Below are positions 1 to 13,509 of a stretch of DNA of 60,988 nucleotides, piece by piece. The notes under the pieces were generated by a model. That model was not told the DNA's origin. It did no database searches and saw only the letters and a list, made by a program, of their open reading frames with translations. The stretch comes from Entomortierella parvispora E1425. Taxonomy: Eukaryota > Fungi > Mortierellomycota. The stretch spans positions 1 to 60,988 of the forward strand of contig BQFW01000018.1 of the NCBI GenBank assembly GCA_020891255.1, given 5' to 3'. The position numbers and the translations under genes were made by a program. How positions within the stretch are numbered: the stretch's first letter is position 1; each line of letters starts with the position of its first letter.

Positions 1-131
1 AAACCCTAAAAACCCTAAAACCCTAAAACCCTAAAAACCCTAAAAACCCTAAAAACCCTAAAAAACCCTAAAAAACCCTAAAAAACCCTAAAAACCCTAA
101 AAAACCCTAAAAAAACCCTAAAAACCCTAAA
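1..131 (+). repeat. Telomeric repeat tract, 14 units of CCCT(A)4-7 (TTTTAGGG-type with variable T-run on the minus strand)
   Basis: Window opens with 14 tandem CCCT+A-run units, C-rich strand on +, as expected at a left chromosome end; one inverted unit (TTTTAGGG) follows at ~138-145. Confidence 0.9.
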
Positions 132-1499
132 CTTTAATTTTAGGGTTTATTCGCCCTAAAATCGCGTATTTGAACAGTTTAACGACGTCCTGAAGCGTCT
201 GTGCATCGTTTGCACCATTTGGATCGACCGTAAGATACGTTTTTCTGTTATTTCCTAAAAAGGAAATATGTGGATGTTTGGTGGCTTAGACTTTCTGGAT
301 CATTAGGTATTCCTTTTGTTTACTTTTGCTCCCGGGTTCGAATTCGGCTTTGGCCTCGCTTTTCTGAAGATATAAAAACAAGGAGTTTTTTTTCCTTCCT
401 AGAGATATGAGATACGGTGCATTAGAGAGCTCTCCTCATAAGTATTCTATCAAGCCAACAAAATCGTCAATCCATAAGGTAGATCTTGGGCAATTGCATT
501 TTTTATTTTCTTTTTTTGTGAAAATCGAACGCTTATTCCTTGATATCTACGTTGACGACCAACGTGATTTTCATATGAGGAGGTGCCTATTCATCAAAGG
601 ACTGTATTCATGAAGAAAAATTGGCGATTGACAAGGTGGTTGATGCGTAACTGCTGTTCTTAGATTTCTTTTTTTTGGAAAAAAAAATTCTCTCCTAAGT
701 TGGAGGAGTGAAGTGGTGACAGGAGCCGAGAGCTAGCCACTTACGACACTTTGTAGCTGAATTCCACGAAGTACGAGAAGGAAAAAGAGCAAAGTCTGCA
801 GTTTTGGGTGATAGAACGACTGTTGGGCCCTTGAAAGGACAATCCACTGGCAACAGGAGACCGAGTGTGAATCATACACATGCTTGCTCTGTCTTGACTT
901 CATCGAGGAACTTGCAGCTCTCTCAAACAGTTTTTACTCTCCTCATCGTGCATGTAGACAAGAACATCAGCTCGTGCAGTTGTCACGTAGTTTTTTTTAT
1001 TAAAAGTTGTACACGCTAGACAAAAGTAGGAACAAGAGGGCAGAGACGAGGAACAAATGAGACCGCGGTAACTTTGCCCTGGAACCGTCTCGTTCCTCGC
1101 TACTGCATGCTCTGCCTGAGGGCCAGAGAAATCTAGCAGTTGATGGTAGAGAGGACTTACCTGAGAAGTGCGCGCCCCTGAATTAAGGACTTCATGTTTC
1201 CTGCATGCCTCCCGTTTGTCGCATGTCCACTCTGGTTCATGGCTAGAACGAATGAGCTTTCTCCGTATGATTAGATGTAAAAGAAGTTGTAGTTGACGAC
1301 AAAGGGAAAGAGTAGCGAGCAACGCATGAGAAAGGAAGGAGAAAGCACGAGGAAACGCCCAAGCTTGCGACAACACGAAGAGAAGAAGAGGGCGAAATCA
1401 AAGACAGGGTCACAAAAGACACGCTCATGTTTGATGCAAGAGTCGAGTTGGATCATTGGGTCAGTTGAGATGGCGGCTGCAAAAGGTGAAAGATGTGAG

Positions 1500-2500
1500 T
1501 TCGATTCTTGAGAGGAGAAGGATGTACGAGATGAGATGCAACAGAGAAGAGAGATGCAACAGAGAAGAGAGATGCAAAAAGGAAATGAGATGCAGGAGAC
1601 GAGAGATGCAAGAGAGGAGAAAGATCCAAAAAAGAGGACGGATGCAAGACACGGGAGGACAGGGTGAGGATGCGAAAGTCGAGGAGAAAGGAAGGATGCA
1701 GGAATCGAGACGGGAGAGATGAGAGGAAAGGGATGCAAAAAACGAGACGAGAGAGAGAGAGAGGGATGCAGGAGACAAGAGAGAGGGATGCGAGAATTGT
1801 GGAATGCAGGAGACAAGAAGGTCGAACGATGCAAGAGACAAGATGAATGCAAGAGACAAGATGAATGCAAGAGACAAGATGAATGCAAGGGAAGAGATGA
1901 ATGTGCGGGAAGAGATGGATGCGGGGACGAGATGGATGCCAGGGACGAGAGGAATGCAAAGGATGAGAGGGATGCAAGGGACGAGAGGGAGAGGACGAGA
2001 TGATTGCAGGAGACGAGAGGGATGCAGGGAACGAGAGGGATGCAAGGGATGAGAGGAATGCAAGGGACGAGATGGATGCAAGGGACGAGAAGGAGGGGAC
2101 GAGGTGAATGCAAGAGATGAGAGGGATGCAAGGAGGATGGATTGAGATGGCAAGAGAAGGGAGGGAGACAGACGGGAGAAAAAGACACAAGTCCAGGGAC
2201 GCTCCAGCCAACAAACAACAACCGCCCGTTTCTCCCTCCCCCTTCGGCCTTTTTTTTTTTTTTTTTGGACAAATGGAGGCTGCACTGCCCCCATCCAAAA
2301 AGAACAATGGTCTTGGGAGGAAGAGGACAGGAGGAAGAGAAGAGGAGGGACAAGAGACAAGAGAAGAGGAGGGAGAAGAGGGAGGAGAAGAGGAGAAGAG
2401 GAGGAAGAGAGGGACGTGAGAGAAAACAAGAGACGGACAAAAGGGAAGAGAAGAGAGGGACAAAAGGGAAGAGAAGAGAGGGACAAGAACAACAGCGGAT
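1500..2500. repeat. GA-rich minisatellite/low-complexity tract (~18-bp core GATGCAAGAGACAAGATG-like)
   Basis: Tandem degenerate units such as atgaatgcaagagacaag; the long ORFs in all frames here are repeat read-through. Confidence 0.85.
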
Positions 2501-4329
2501 CCGAGACAAACAAGCCAGGACATGGACATGGCGTCCGTCTGGCGGTGCAACAGTGCAAAAACAAAGTTCGATCAGATGTGGGGACTCATCCACGCAAAGG
2601 ATCCCTGATTTTTTTTTTTTTTTGTTGGCGCTTAACAGCAGCGTCTTCATTCCTTGGGTCGTCATGGACAACCCGTGGGGATGCAGACGGGGTTTGTCAC
2701 AATCAAGAGCTTGAAGGCCAAGAGGGGATAGATCAAACGGACAAGTGTAAGAGAGAGGAAAAAAACAGGGAAGAAAGAAAGAGAAGGAAACAATAATCAG
2801 TCCATGCAACAATAAACAAAAGCAAGGGGCAGGGTCTTGGTTTTTTTTTTTCCTCGCCAGCAGCAGTAAACTGCTCCTCCGAGAATTACTCCTCCCTTAG
2901 ATGGACATGTCCACTCTGATGCGGAGACAGGTTGCCACGGTCGGCAGCGCAACAGGTCTCTTCGTTTGTTACGGCGCAGGGAGAGGGCTGGATCAACCCG
3001 TCAGAACATGAGGACTTTGGCCGACGAGATTTTTTTTTCTGAAGTCTCCTCTGCTGCTCGAGTTCAAAGGCATTTGTTTCCAACAAGCCAAGGTCGAGTT
3101 AGCACCCTCAGTCCGGCCACGAGCGAATGCTGTAAATGGAAGAGAGAAGAGGAATGGAAGAGACAAGAAGAAAAGACGAGATGGCAAGCCCAAGAAGGTT
3201 GGAGGAAAAGAAAGATAGAGGGAATGGGAGAGAAAAAGAGACCGGTTTCAGGGACGATCAGTCGAGAAGGAAGGGAAGAGAAGAGAGGGGCAAGAGAAAG
3301 AGAGTTCAGGAACAAAAACAAGGTGCAGAGTCGCTGACTTTTTTTTTTTTGGTGCCAGCGGCTGCCCTACATCCCAATGCAGGCACGAGCGAGAGTTGCG
3401 ATGGCTTGTGATTCAGCGGAGAGGACTGATTCAGCGCGTCAGGACGCGATTTTTTTTTTTTTTTTTTTTTTGGTTCCAAGTCAAGGACAATCGGGTCTGC
3501 ATTAATCCGACCATGAACAAATGCTGTGGGTCTCCCTCCATGACTTCTTCTTACGCGCTCACCCATCAATCGAACCCACCACTGGACATGTATCTGTGCT
3601 TCTTCTCTCAGCGATCCAGGGATTGAAGAGAAGGGCATGCACGACGAAGACACGGAGCAGGTTATCCTCTCATCAGGCAAGATGAAAGCTACGATAGAAA
3701 GGTGCAACAAGGGAACAACAACGGATAAGATGTTCCCGAGATCTGATTATTGTCGTTCTGAAAGGTCGCAACATTCCCTCACCGCCGGTCATGGTTCTAT
3801 GGGCTCTCGATGAGGAGAAATATCACTTCTTGCTCTAGCCTAGGATACCTTGAACTCTTGCTACATGTCCATGCCGGAAGAAAGTTCAAGACAACCTTAG
3901 AGTTTTGGTCCCAGAGTTGCTTTAATCCAGCTCTTTTTTTCTCAGCAACAGGCAACTGATCCTTCAAATTACTGAACTACAAGAGCTACCGGTCGTTTCT
4001 GAAAAGTACTCACTCAACATTCGCTCATGGTTTTACGGGCCCTCAGGAGGAGAAATATCAAATCGTGCTTCAGTCCTATGGTACCAGATTGGACTACCCT
4101 TTGCCCCGGCGCCGAAGACAATCTCAGCAGTAAACTGGCAGACCAGCGTGCGTGCGTGGCTAGGTTCAGTTATTGACACTAGAAGAGATGGGGAAGAACC
4201 ATGTTTTGTAACATTTTACTCATTATTACAGAGCAAGAAGTCGTGGCGTTTGTTGCGCAGGGATCCTGGGTCATTTGTTCCCCCAGACCATGTGGTTTTG
4301 CTCAGGTTGTAGGAACCTTTTCCCAGGAG

Positions 4330-4700
4330 CTGGGTTGGATGGGCACCATCAACGAGAGTGTGTGGTATAGCAAATCTCAGATCTTTCTGTGTAAATTGGG
4401 AGCCCCTCATGTTACTGTGCTAGACCTATGTAAAATAAGCTATTTTTTTTCTCTTGGGTGGATCATAGCTCAACGAGTAATGGTGCACTCTCCTTCCCAT
4501 TAGCTTCGTTGGAGGGGCACTATCAAGGACGGTGGATGGTACTGGTTGTAGAACTGTGGGTTCTGCATAGCAAGAGCAATGGTGATGCATGTGTTTTTGC
4601 TTGCCCCTGATGGACAGATGTATACCAAGATCTCTTTTGTGCGAATTGAGTACCCCTTAAATGACTGTGCTGAACTGATGCGTTTTTTTTATTTTTTATC
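4330..4700 (+). repeat. ~250-bp dispersed/tandem repeat family, copy cluster 1
   Basis: Contains family motifs gtgctagacc(t)atgtaaaa, gttgtagaact, atggtgatgcatgtg and CCCCTTAA (4653-4660). Confidence 0.8.
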
Positions 4701-4848
4701 TCAGGTGGAAACTCGATGCATTCTTGGGTGTATTCTTTCACTCAGTTTCATTAATGTGGAAAATCTGATCCAGGTATTCCAAGAATGCTGGATCCTTGCC
4801 AGACGCCTTCTGCTCAGTCTCCACCGCCTCAATGACCATCGGCTCATC

Positions 4849-6047
4849 CTATTGTAGTGGAAGAGCGTAGAGTAAATTGGATGTGGTGTCCACCTTCAAG
4901 GATGCGTGTTTCCACATTACTATTACCATTTGAATGCCACCGGAATGAGGTCGCAGTTTGCACAGGGCCTTATCCACAAAGTCGGCCTGATCCTTGCCTG
5001 CAAACGATGTTTTGCCGCCATGGAGATGATAAGCCAAAACCATTCGAGAGAGAAGTCGCTGCATATACCACAAAGTGGTTGCTTGCAAGGTCGATCACTG
5101 TGGCTGTCTTTCCGCTTCCAGATGGCGCCACCATTGCCACCACGCGATGATCACTAGATCTGCCGAAGTCCTTGTCCACAATCTCACGAAGCGTCTCGCC
5201 TTCGCTCGTCTTTGCCTGCTTATCCAGCTCCAGACCCAACATCATCCGACTGATATTCCCTGCCTTTTCGTGGTAAGGCAGAGGCCTCTTGTAAAACCGG
5301 CCCAGTAATCCTCGTTGCGAGACTTCCACATCCTTGGCGCTGATACTGTTGATCGTGCGGTAGTGGCCTATACCCTCGAGGATATCCTTCAACCCAGCAT
5401 CGATGTCCTGCTGAGGCATGTAATGGACGGGATGGGGGTGACTGTGCAATGAAATGAAAAAAAGGAATAATGTCAGCTGATTGGAACAGGTTGTCGTCAA
5501 TTCACAATGAGCCATGTCGCTACAACTTACATGAGCGCGATACATCTCGGGAAAGGGCTGCTCTGCGTGCAATTGTGGAACTGTGTTGGAGTAAGACGTT
5601 AGACTAACAGAGACAAGGTTAAAACAATGGACATGCTCACAAGGAAACAATTAAACGACAAACAAGGCTACATTACCTGGTCGCTGGGCGGAGATGCTGA
5701 TTCTGAGCCTCAAAGAATTTCCAGATGTCAGCTGTTGGGTCCTTGAGTTCGAGAGCAGAGCCGACCTTGTTCAAAGGCGACTGGCTTGCGCTTCTCCAGC
5801 GGGGGAAGAGTATCCGAGTATCTCCGCTTGCCAAAGAGCTTGTCCGCATCGACATCATTGAGGTCGATTACCTTCTTCGTCTTAATTGCATCCTCGAGAT
5901 CATCGATAGTGTCACTTGGGTTAACCTGGCCAGAGATCGGGTTCAATGCCATCGACAAGGCAGAGAAGAGTGAGGACACTGCTGGTCCCTGCTGGTCACT
6001 GTGTTGCGAAGCATAAGAGTTGCTGGGCAATAACTCGGTGACGTCAT
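4849..6047 (-). pseudogene. Crinkler (CRN)-type gene remnant: ubiquitin-like N-terminus plus P-loop NTPase; frameshifted and internally deleted
   Basis: LTLLCLVDG / NPSDTIDDLEDAIKTKK..DADKL is the CRN N-terminal pattern, split by frameshifts. Intron donor CCAG|GTAATG near 5690. Walker A APSGSGKT at ~5070-5100. Later fragment GKDQADFVDKALCKLRPH. Confidence 0.75.
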
Positions 6048-6774
6048 TTTTTTTTTTTTTTTTGGCTCCCACCATGATGGCGCATTTTCCATTTTCTGTG
6101 GGCCTTCTCAATCATCCTCCGTCTCTCTCAGTCGTTCTCTCCTTCTTCCACTCCTTCTTCCACTCCTTCTTTCACTCCTCCTCCTCCCCCTTTCCTTTTT
6201 TTTCTCCTCTTCCTTTCGCTTGTCCTCTATCTTAGCCTAATTTGAAGGTAATGTAGGAAATCGTTAGTAGGACACTCAGGCATTCATGTGACTTCTTGAG
6301 GGATCCCATCAGCGCGTGGGATCCAATTGAGGTCATAATGTACTTGAGCAGCGCTGGAGTTCAAGTGAGCACCTTATTCTTGTCAAAACCAGCCACCACA
6401 TATTGTGTCCGCTGTGTAGCTCGTTGGATTTCAGCACGTCCAATACTGAATATTGTAACAACAATGAGTCCCTCCTCATGGAAGCAGAGCAGGCGCCTCT
6501 CGATGTGGTCCGCTTCGTGGCAGTCGTTCCAATCGTTTTGAAGCATAACCCTGTGACTCATTGGATCAGTGGCTCATTTTCAGTACTACCCTGTCAAAAC
6601 CTGCCGCCATGAATGCGTTCATGTCCGTAGTGCTTGCTGGAATATGAATCATTGGTCTACACCAATATGCTCTTCCTCTTGAAATGTCTATCTGACTTGT
6701 TACTTACACCTGGGAATTACATTTGGTGATTGGGCTAGGGCTTTCAAATACATTCGGACCCTCCTGCTGTTACG

Positions 6775-8760
6775 ATGTCTTCGACAAGTCCACGGACAGG
6801 ATTAAAAGATAAGGAGCCGTGGTTCTCCGACAACACTTTTAGCTACCTCCTGGCTCATAAAGCGACTCTCAATCCGTCCGACTTCTTCACTTCTCTTCAG
6901 TATACGGATAAAAGGATAGCACACAAAGACTATGGGCGTGCCATCTCATGCTTCAGGATATTCAATACTGCACGACAAACTGTTCTTGCAGCAGACTTTG
7001 AACGTTGGAAAATTGAGAAGTCTCAACAGTTTTGGGCTGAAGTGCTAAAGTCAAAGACGACTGTACTCTCGCTGTCCCTTACGGAAACTTCATTGATACG
7101 CAATGCCACCCCTCTCGCCAATAACACCATCGAAGAATGGTCCAGAAGAACAATGGAGAGACGCTCTGGACACATGGAGCGACTTGATAACAAGCAGGAC
7201 ATGCCTTCGCCAGACTTGAATGTGCATTCAAAGCCAATGGATGTCTCAGAGTTAGACATCGACGCCTCTGTAGTAGGGATCCAACGTCAACAGCGTCAAA
7301 CAACAGAACAACCCACAACTCTATCAACTACGCCGACTGGCTCACCACCGCCGTCTTCTTTATTTGTAACGGAGTCAGTAACACCAACAACAATTACACC
7401 AACAATTAAGGAAAGAGCGCCGGCAATTGAAGAACCTCTACTTGATGACGATGAGCGTGAAATTCTTCTTCGCAGTGTTGAAGAGGCTTCTCATCGCCAG
7501 TGCGAGTGGATGGTGGACAGTACATGTGCTGCATGTCTTTTTCAAGACTTTCAACGAAAATGTATCGATGCTTTGGTTCGAAATGAAATCAAAAAAACGG
7601 AAGTCGCTGACGCCATGGCTCTTATTGGAGTGTTTGCACCTTCAATGCCGACGACTAGAATGAAGACTGTTTTTTCGGAAAAGTTGTTACATGTCATCGC
7701 CAAGCCGACCGTTGACCTCCCAGACACAGGATTGGATGACGGCGCCATGATGACAGCAGTCAAAGTATGACTAAATGTATTCTTGGCTATATTGGGTGGG
7801 AATTTTAACTCTTTATTTTATTTGTTGGATTCATATAGCTATACATCAAAGGACAAAAGGAAGATGCAGCGGATATTCTCTACGCGCTCAACAAAAAGGA
7901 TCGCAAGATTCGACTCATGCTCGAAACACTGTAAGTCATTTAGACGTTTATTCACTGGAGCTGCTATTCTTCATGACCTAACTATCCATTCAAAAAAAAA
8001 AAAAAAAAAAAAAAAAAAGCTTGGAATACCTACCGCTAAAGCCAGACAATACGATCTCTGAGAATACCTTCGTCACGAAATACGTCGCACCTATTATTCA
8101 ATCATTTGTGGATGATGAGATTGTGAAGAGTGACTTGTAGGTCTATTGTTTATTTGGCGTTATCTGCTATTGATATCAAGTCAATCTTACGAGCTACCTT
8201 CTTTCATTTGACATCTAGTCCGAACACGGAGTCCACGACGCAAAAAAGTCAGGGACTGAAACCAGATAGACCCGACATCAGGGCTGTGGCTTACGGGAAA
8301 GAAGTATGTTGGGGCGAGGTGACAGGGCCTTCACAGGAAACCTTTGATGCAAAAAACCAATGGGATACGTATCGTCTTGCACGATTCGGAAAGTCTTTCC
8401 TAGACGCAGGAAATAACGTCGCGCCACTTCTCCAAATTGTGTACTCGAACGCGTCCTATCTACGACTCTTTCCGAAAACACGTGGCATATTTTTGCTTGA
8501 AGAGGTTGGCACTTTCATTATACCCACTACGATTGCGATGATTCCATCGCTGTTTGCCACAATTCCTACGCTCTTAGTTGCCAAGGTAAGTTGAATTGTT
8601 TTGCCAATCAATTAGCATCTACGTAAAATATTTTGTTTCTGACTTTTCGTGTTTCAACTAATAGGCAGACATCCGCAAGATTTGCGAAGGTGACCTAAAT
8701 GGTCTAAAACGATCATGGGGTTATAAGGATTTAAAGAATGCGAAGACTCGTTTGGTGTGA
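6775..8760 (+). CDS. PD-(D/E)xK (restriction-endonuclease fold) nuclease A, 5 exons, Crinkler C-terminal REase-like
   Basis: GT-AG introns at ~7765-7838, 7931-8019, 8137-8218 and 8587-8664 join into one frame. Motifs SENTFVTKYVAPII, RPDIR..EVCWGEVTG, DTYRLARFGK. Stop at 8758-8760. Confidence 0.75.
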
Positions 8761-8904
8761 ATATCGAACTGGCGATCCACGTTTATGATCATTGCAAACT
8801 CTCTCCGTCACTTCCCACCTTCCCCCAATGTTGTCCTTAGTTTGCACAGTTGCACAATTGAGGTCCTCAATAAAGAACAATTGAGAGCCCATAGGTAATG
8901 CCAT

Positions 8905-9010
8905 GTGAAACTAGGAGCAACTTTGAATCTCTGTGGGAACATGACCGGAGATAATGGGACGAAGGCACTTGGGGAGGCATTGAAGACAAACTCAGCTCTG
9001 ACATCTTGGG
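8905..9010 (+). pseudogene. Single leucine-rich-repeat remnant (RNI/NLR-like)
   Basis: LNLCGNMTGDNGTKALGEALKTNSALTS matches the LxLxxNxIGDxGAxALxEALKxNxxLTxL repeat; flanks are non-coding. Confidence 0.6.
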
Positions 9011-9624
9011 AACCACAAGGAGCTGGCGCAATAGGTCTCATCTTTCCTTTAGCTTTGTTAGATGGTCACCATCTCTCCTTCCCTCTCTGCCATTGACTCT
9101 TTTCTCTCCGCCTTTTCGCCATTTAATCTCTCAAGGCTCTTTGATTAACCTGTTGGTGAAATGTGCAGACTCTTGAGATTGTCCTTTGGTCCTTTTCTTG
9201 TTGCGTCCTGCCTCCAGACCTTCCGTTGACTATGAAAAGAATCTTGCTGTCAAGGTAAGCTACTTCTCAAATAGAGCCTTTTCCTTGCAGGATGGAGCTT
9301 CATTGCAACTCAATGGAGCTCCATGTCGGACAGGAGACTAACTCTAGTTGGTGGCGCCGCTTTTTTTTGTCTTTCAAACTCTTGATCAACCTGCCGCCTT
9401 GGATTCCCTCCCTGACCGTTGACCTCCATTGCGTCGGGGTTGATGATACCAGCGGAGGATCCGGAGGCAGCCAATACCTTGATGTCACGGACAGACAAGG
9501 CAGGGACAAGAAAGAGAAGGAAAGGTGTGGTTTATTGTGAATTGCAGACTGAGCAGAAGATCAGGAAGGGTTATTTATACTAGAGTCCTAGACTCGACTT
9601 GTGTTGAGTCAGTTCGAACAGGTG

Positions 9625-10925
9625 CTACAGTAACCTTCTAAATTCCCTCAGAGTGCTCTCTATATATTCATTGCTTCCCAAGTCCTCCCTTCTTACTCTT
9701 CTGGATACCACAGCACCGTGACTTATTTCTGCCATCTCAAGCATCATCGAGCAAGGATTACGACCCTCTGTTCTAGAAAGATGTCGCCTCAAAGAATCCG
9801 CTCGACACAACTCTTTCTTGCAAACGATACAATCAAATGAACCGCAAGAGAATTCCTGATGTTTGTTACGATCTCCCCTCCTCTTAAACGTCCTGCTGCA
9901 TAGGCCACAACTAAAATGCTGATCTGTCTCATGAGATCGTATGTGAGTACCGAGATGTTGCATTAGGTGCATTGAGTCGAATGAAAGCCCACGACCCTCA
10001 AACATGCAAACCTGCGGGAATCCATGAGGCAAAGGATGCATATCCACCGAAAATTGCGGCGTCGTGACAGTAGAAGGTACCTCGTCCAGTAGCTGCCCTG
10101 GGGACAACATCTCGGAGCTCCACCCATCAGGAATAGTGGAGGCCTCTGCATAGGCAATCAAAGGTGGAGAAGGAACTACAGAGGGGGTCACAAACACTCC
10201 CAAGGACGGTGTTGAAGACGGCTCCATAACTAGATAATGCGACTCTGTTTGAACAGTTGCATTTTCAAGAATGGACTCGCAAGGCGCATTCGGTTGTAGA
10301 ATCCTGTCGGGAATGACCTCTAAAATTTTGTCGTAATAGGACTGGACACCAAACGATTCGACAAAGGGTAGACAATATGGCTCTGGCCTCGCGTACTCGC
10401 CAGGAAAGTTTAAACTTTCATCAACTGGACTCGGATTTTCATGCAGTTCCACCATCGACAATGTTTCTTGCAGCTGGCGTGACTCCAAAAGACCTTCTGG
10501 GACCGTTCTTGCGATATTCGATATCTGTAATCCCCGTAAGGAGGAACTTGGGACTGAATGCTCGAAAGAAAGACACAGCACCAAATCACGCTCCACAAAA
10601 GGTAGGCCAAACGAGAGTGCACCTTGTTTATGATACAACTCAGCGTATTGTGTTTGTTCGTCTTCCATCAAAAGCCTCCAAAGAATATCGGACTGAATAA
10701 TATCCACTTCCTCCGACCGCGGTTCTAAAAAAGATAACAATAATTTGTTGTACGCGTTGGATCAATAACAGTGAAATAACTTCTTCATTTCATATAAAAA
10801 ATAGGCATACCGATTAAAGCTTGTAAGTCCTGTCTTGACTGCGCATCAAAATTAAAATGGAATTCTTGATGGCCCTTAGCTTCCATTGACGATGGCATGA
10901 CCTGTAATAGATGCTGTTGTTCCAT
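9625..10925 (-). CDS. C2H2 zinc-finger protein (probable transcription factor), 2 exons
   Basis: Exon 1 MEQQHLL..DLQALI with donor G|GTATGC at ~10810 and acceptor TTTTAG|AACCG at ~10725, in phase. C-terminal fingers CGLC..FKRRGDRNKH and CIVC..LCRADSLRRH, plus one degenerate finger. Confidence 0.75.
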
Positions 10926-11679
10926 GTATAAAGGTGGGCCTGGAGAGACTGAAGCAGGGGTTTTAGAAATACGAGATTGCGAGACAGTTTCTAACAAATT
11001 CAACAGTAAAGTTCATTATTCACGCGTATGTTGCTCTGATGAATATGAAAAATGCAAAAAGCGTCCGATGATGCACAGAATTGCGATCCTACCGCCGATC
11101 GCCTTGTCAAATGTCATACGATGAGTTGGGGAAACAAAAGAGATAATGCAAAGAAAAAAAAACTACCGACACTTCGCCCTTTATACAAAAAAAAATCAAT
11201 CAACTTCAACCTTGCAAGCACATGAAAACATATCTTTCAAGTATTTCATTGGTGCGATGTCCTTTATTTATTCAAACCTTACAATGGATGGCTCAGTTGC
11301 AGGCCACAATTCGCAAAGTGAGCGTCAAGGCAATTGCTGTTTTTAACATTTTTCGGGCCCACTTACGGCTGGCTTCTCATCGCAGTCACTATCTCCAATG
11401 ATTGCTCTCTGGTTTACCATGACGATGGTTGTAGATTGCCGCCACAATTTCACACCACTTTATTCACCTGTGGAAAACTGTGGCTCTAACTCTAATCGGT
11501 CTTGAGAAGCTGAAAGCTCTGAACAAAGGGGAAGGTGCTGTTCGAACTTTGACCAGCTTCGAGCGACTGAACAAGAGGAAACTGTGGCTCGAACTTTAAT
11601 CAACCTCGAGCGGCTGAACAAGAGGAAAGCTGTGGCTACTTTTGGGTCGGGAAGAAACATCCCTAGGAATGATATTTTG

Positions 11680-12729
11680 TTTTGTCTTTTGTTTTGTTGC
11701 CGCCTGCTAAAAAAAAGAAAAAAGAAAAAAAAAGCCTTGCAATGGATTCGACACGTACTGTAAAACTACAGAGCAAGCCCACAGCGTGCCACCAACTCCT
11801 GTGCCTTGCCACCAACCTTTCGCGCCTTGCCACCAACTCTCCTGCCTTTCCACCAACCCTTCGCGCCTTGCCACCATCAATTACGTCCAATTAAGTCCAA
11901 TTAAGTCCAATTAGGTGGCGTTAATGATCATTTGAACGACTTTGAGACCTGAAACCATGATCAGAATCCAGAGGACTATGAGTTCAAAGTTGGTTCCTCG
12001 TGCTAGAGCCTGGGTCCCTTGTGTTAGAGCCTTGCAAACCCAAAAAAAAATAGTTGGCCCCCGTGCTAGGGCCCTGTAAATCTTGACCCATCATTTTCGG
12101 TGGCAAGTTCAGGACCTGGGGCCCTGGTACACTGGTTGTGGGTCATCCTCACGTGTTTCTTTCTGATGATGCCACCGGGAACCCGGTACCTTGGCTAGAT
12201 CGCGAGCATCATGACATCAAAGGGGGCCTCCCGTGCTAAACCCATGTAAGGTTGGTGGCGTTGGGTCGACTTTTCGATGTTTTTAGGGTCGTTTGGGGCC
12301 CTTTTTCGGTGGCAAGGTCAGATGCTGGGGCCCTGGTTCCTTGGATCATGGTAGTACTCGGTTGAGGCTATTGAATGATGGTATCAGGAACACAGAACCC
12401 TAATCAGGATCTCGAGCATCTTGAGATCAAAGTTGGGCCCCGAGTGGTCCCCCGTGCTAGAGCCATGTAAACCCAGCTTTTTTTTTTTTTTTTTTTTTTT
12501 TGTGCCCCCCGTGCTAGAGCCATGTAAAACGAAACGCATTTTCTTAACCAAATTATGACGTCGACTTTGCTCTGGTTAGCTGACGTCATGCAAACTGGCC
12601 CCGTGCTAGAGCCATGTAAAAGAAAACGCGTTACTTAACGTGTACTTAACGTGTACTTAACGTGTACTTAACGTCGCCTCGGTGTTGTTGTGACGTCGCC
12701 TTTTGTTTTTTTGTACAAGTCCAGCTTGT
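11680..12729 (+). repeat. rDNA IGS-derived segment (deleted copy of 55990-58250, no 5S gene)
   Basis: Matches IGS blocks (gcaatggattcgac.cgtactgtaaaactacagagcaagcc; 20-bp ttgccaccaac subrepeat; cttaacgtgta repeats) up to the breakpoint CCAGCTTGT. Confidence 0.85.
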
Positions 12730-12849
12730 AGTCTCTCTCGACCCAGCCCTCCCTTCTCGCTACGTGACCTTCCAAAGGTGGTCATGTCCTCGTAGAGGGT
12801 CTGAAGGAAAATGTGGCCATTTTCATACTGTAAGCTACTTTTTTAATCT

Positions 12850-13260
12850 TTTGTAGGTAATATCTCGATTAATAATGCTTCAATCTTCTTCCTTTTAGCT
12901 TTGATGGATGGGTACCATCGAGGAGAATGTATGATGCAAGTTGAAGACCTCTAGGTAATGAATGGCAGAAGCAATGGTGATGCATGTGTTTTCTGGATGT
13001 CCTGATGGGCAGATATGGGCAAGATTTTTTGTGAGGAATTGGGCACCCCTTAAATGATCGTGCCAGGCCCATGTAAAATTAAACTTTTTTTTTCTCTCTT
13101 GGATGGATCGCAGCTCAACAAGTAATGGTCCAATCGTCTTCCCTTGAGCTTTGTTGGATGGGCGCCATCGAGGAGGACGTGTGGTGAAAGTTGTAGAACT
13201 CTAGGTAGTGAATGGCAGAAGCAATGGTGATGCATGTGTTTTTTTTGCCAGCCAATGGGG
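12850..13260 (+). repeat. ~250-bp repeat family cluster 2 (duplicated at ~25440-25860)
   Basis: Family motifs and GGGCACCCCTTAA at 13041-13053 (25630-25642 in the duplicate). Confidence 0.8.
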
Positions 13261-13509
13261 TCGAGCACAATTTTTTTTTTGTTTGCGATACTTATCCTTT
13301 TGTGTTCAAGATGCAGGCCTTCCAAGACTCCATTCCCCATAAGCATACTCAAATACCCGCCATGGATGCTCTGTTGTGAGTATCTGGTTTCCCTCGCCCT
13401 TCTAGAGACAAGTCTGGGGTGTTTTTTTTACAGCAACAAAAAAAAAAAAAAAAAAGGAACTGAATGGTCTGGGCTATGTTTTTTTATTTGAACCTCCAAC
13501 CCGCTCCTT

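Noticed and set aside
1243-2812. Long ORFs of 365-513 aa on the minus strand and several on plus
   Set aside because: Stop-free frames produced by a GA/CT minisatellite; no domain content.
2820-4200. Possible decayed coding fragments, locally duplicated
   Set aside because: No motif I can recognise and frequent stops.
7990-8020. Many long poly-A/T runs
   Set aside because: Typical of introns and spacers here; lengths are unreliable, and some apparent frameshifts near them may be sequencing error.
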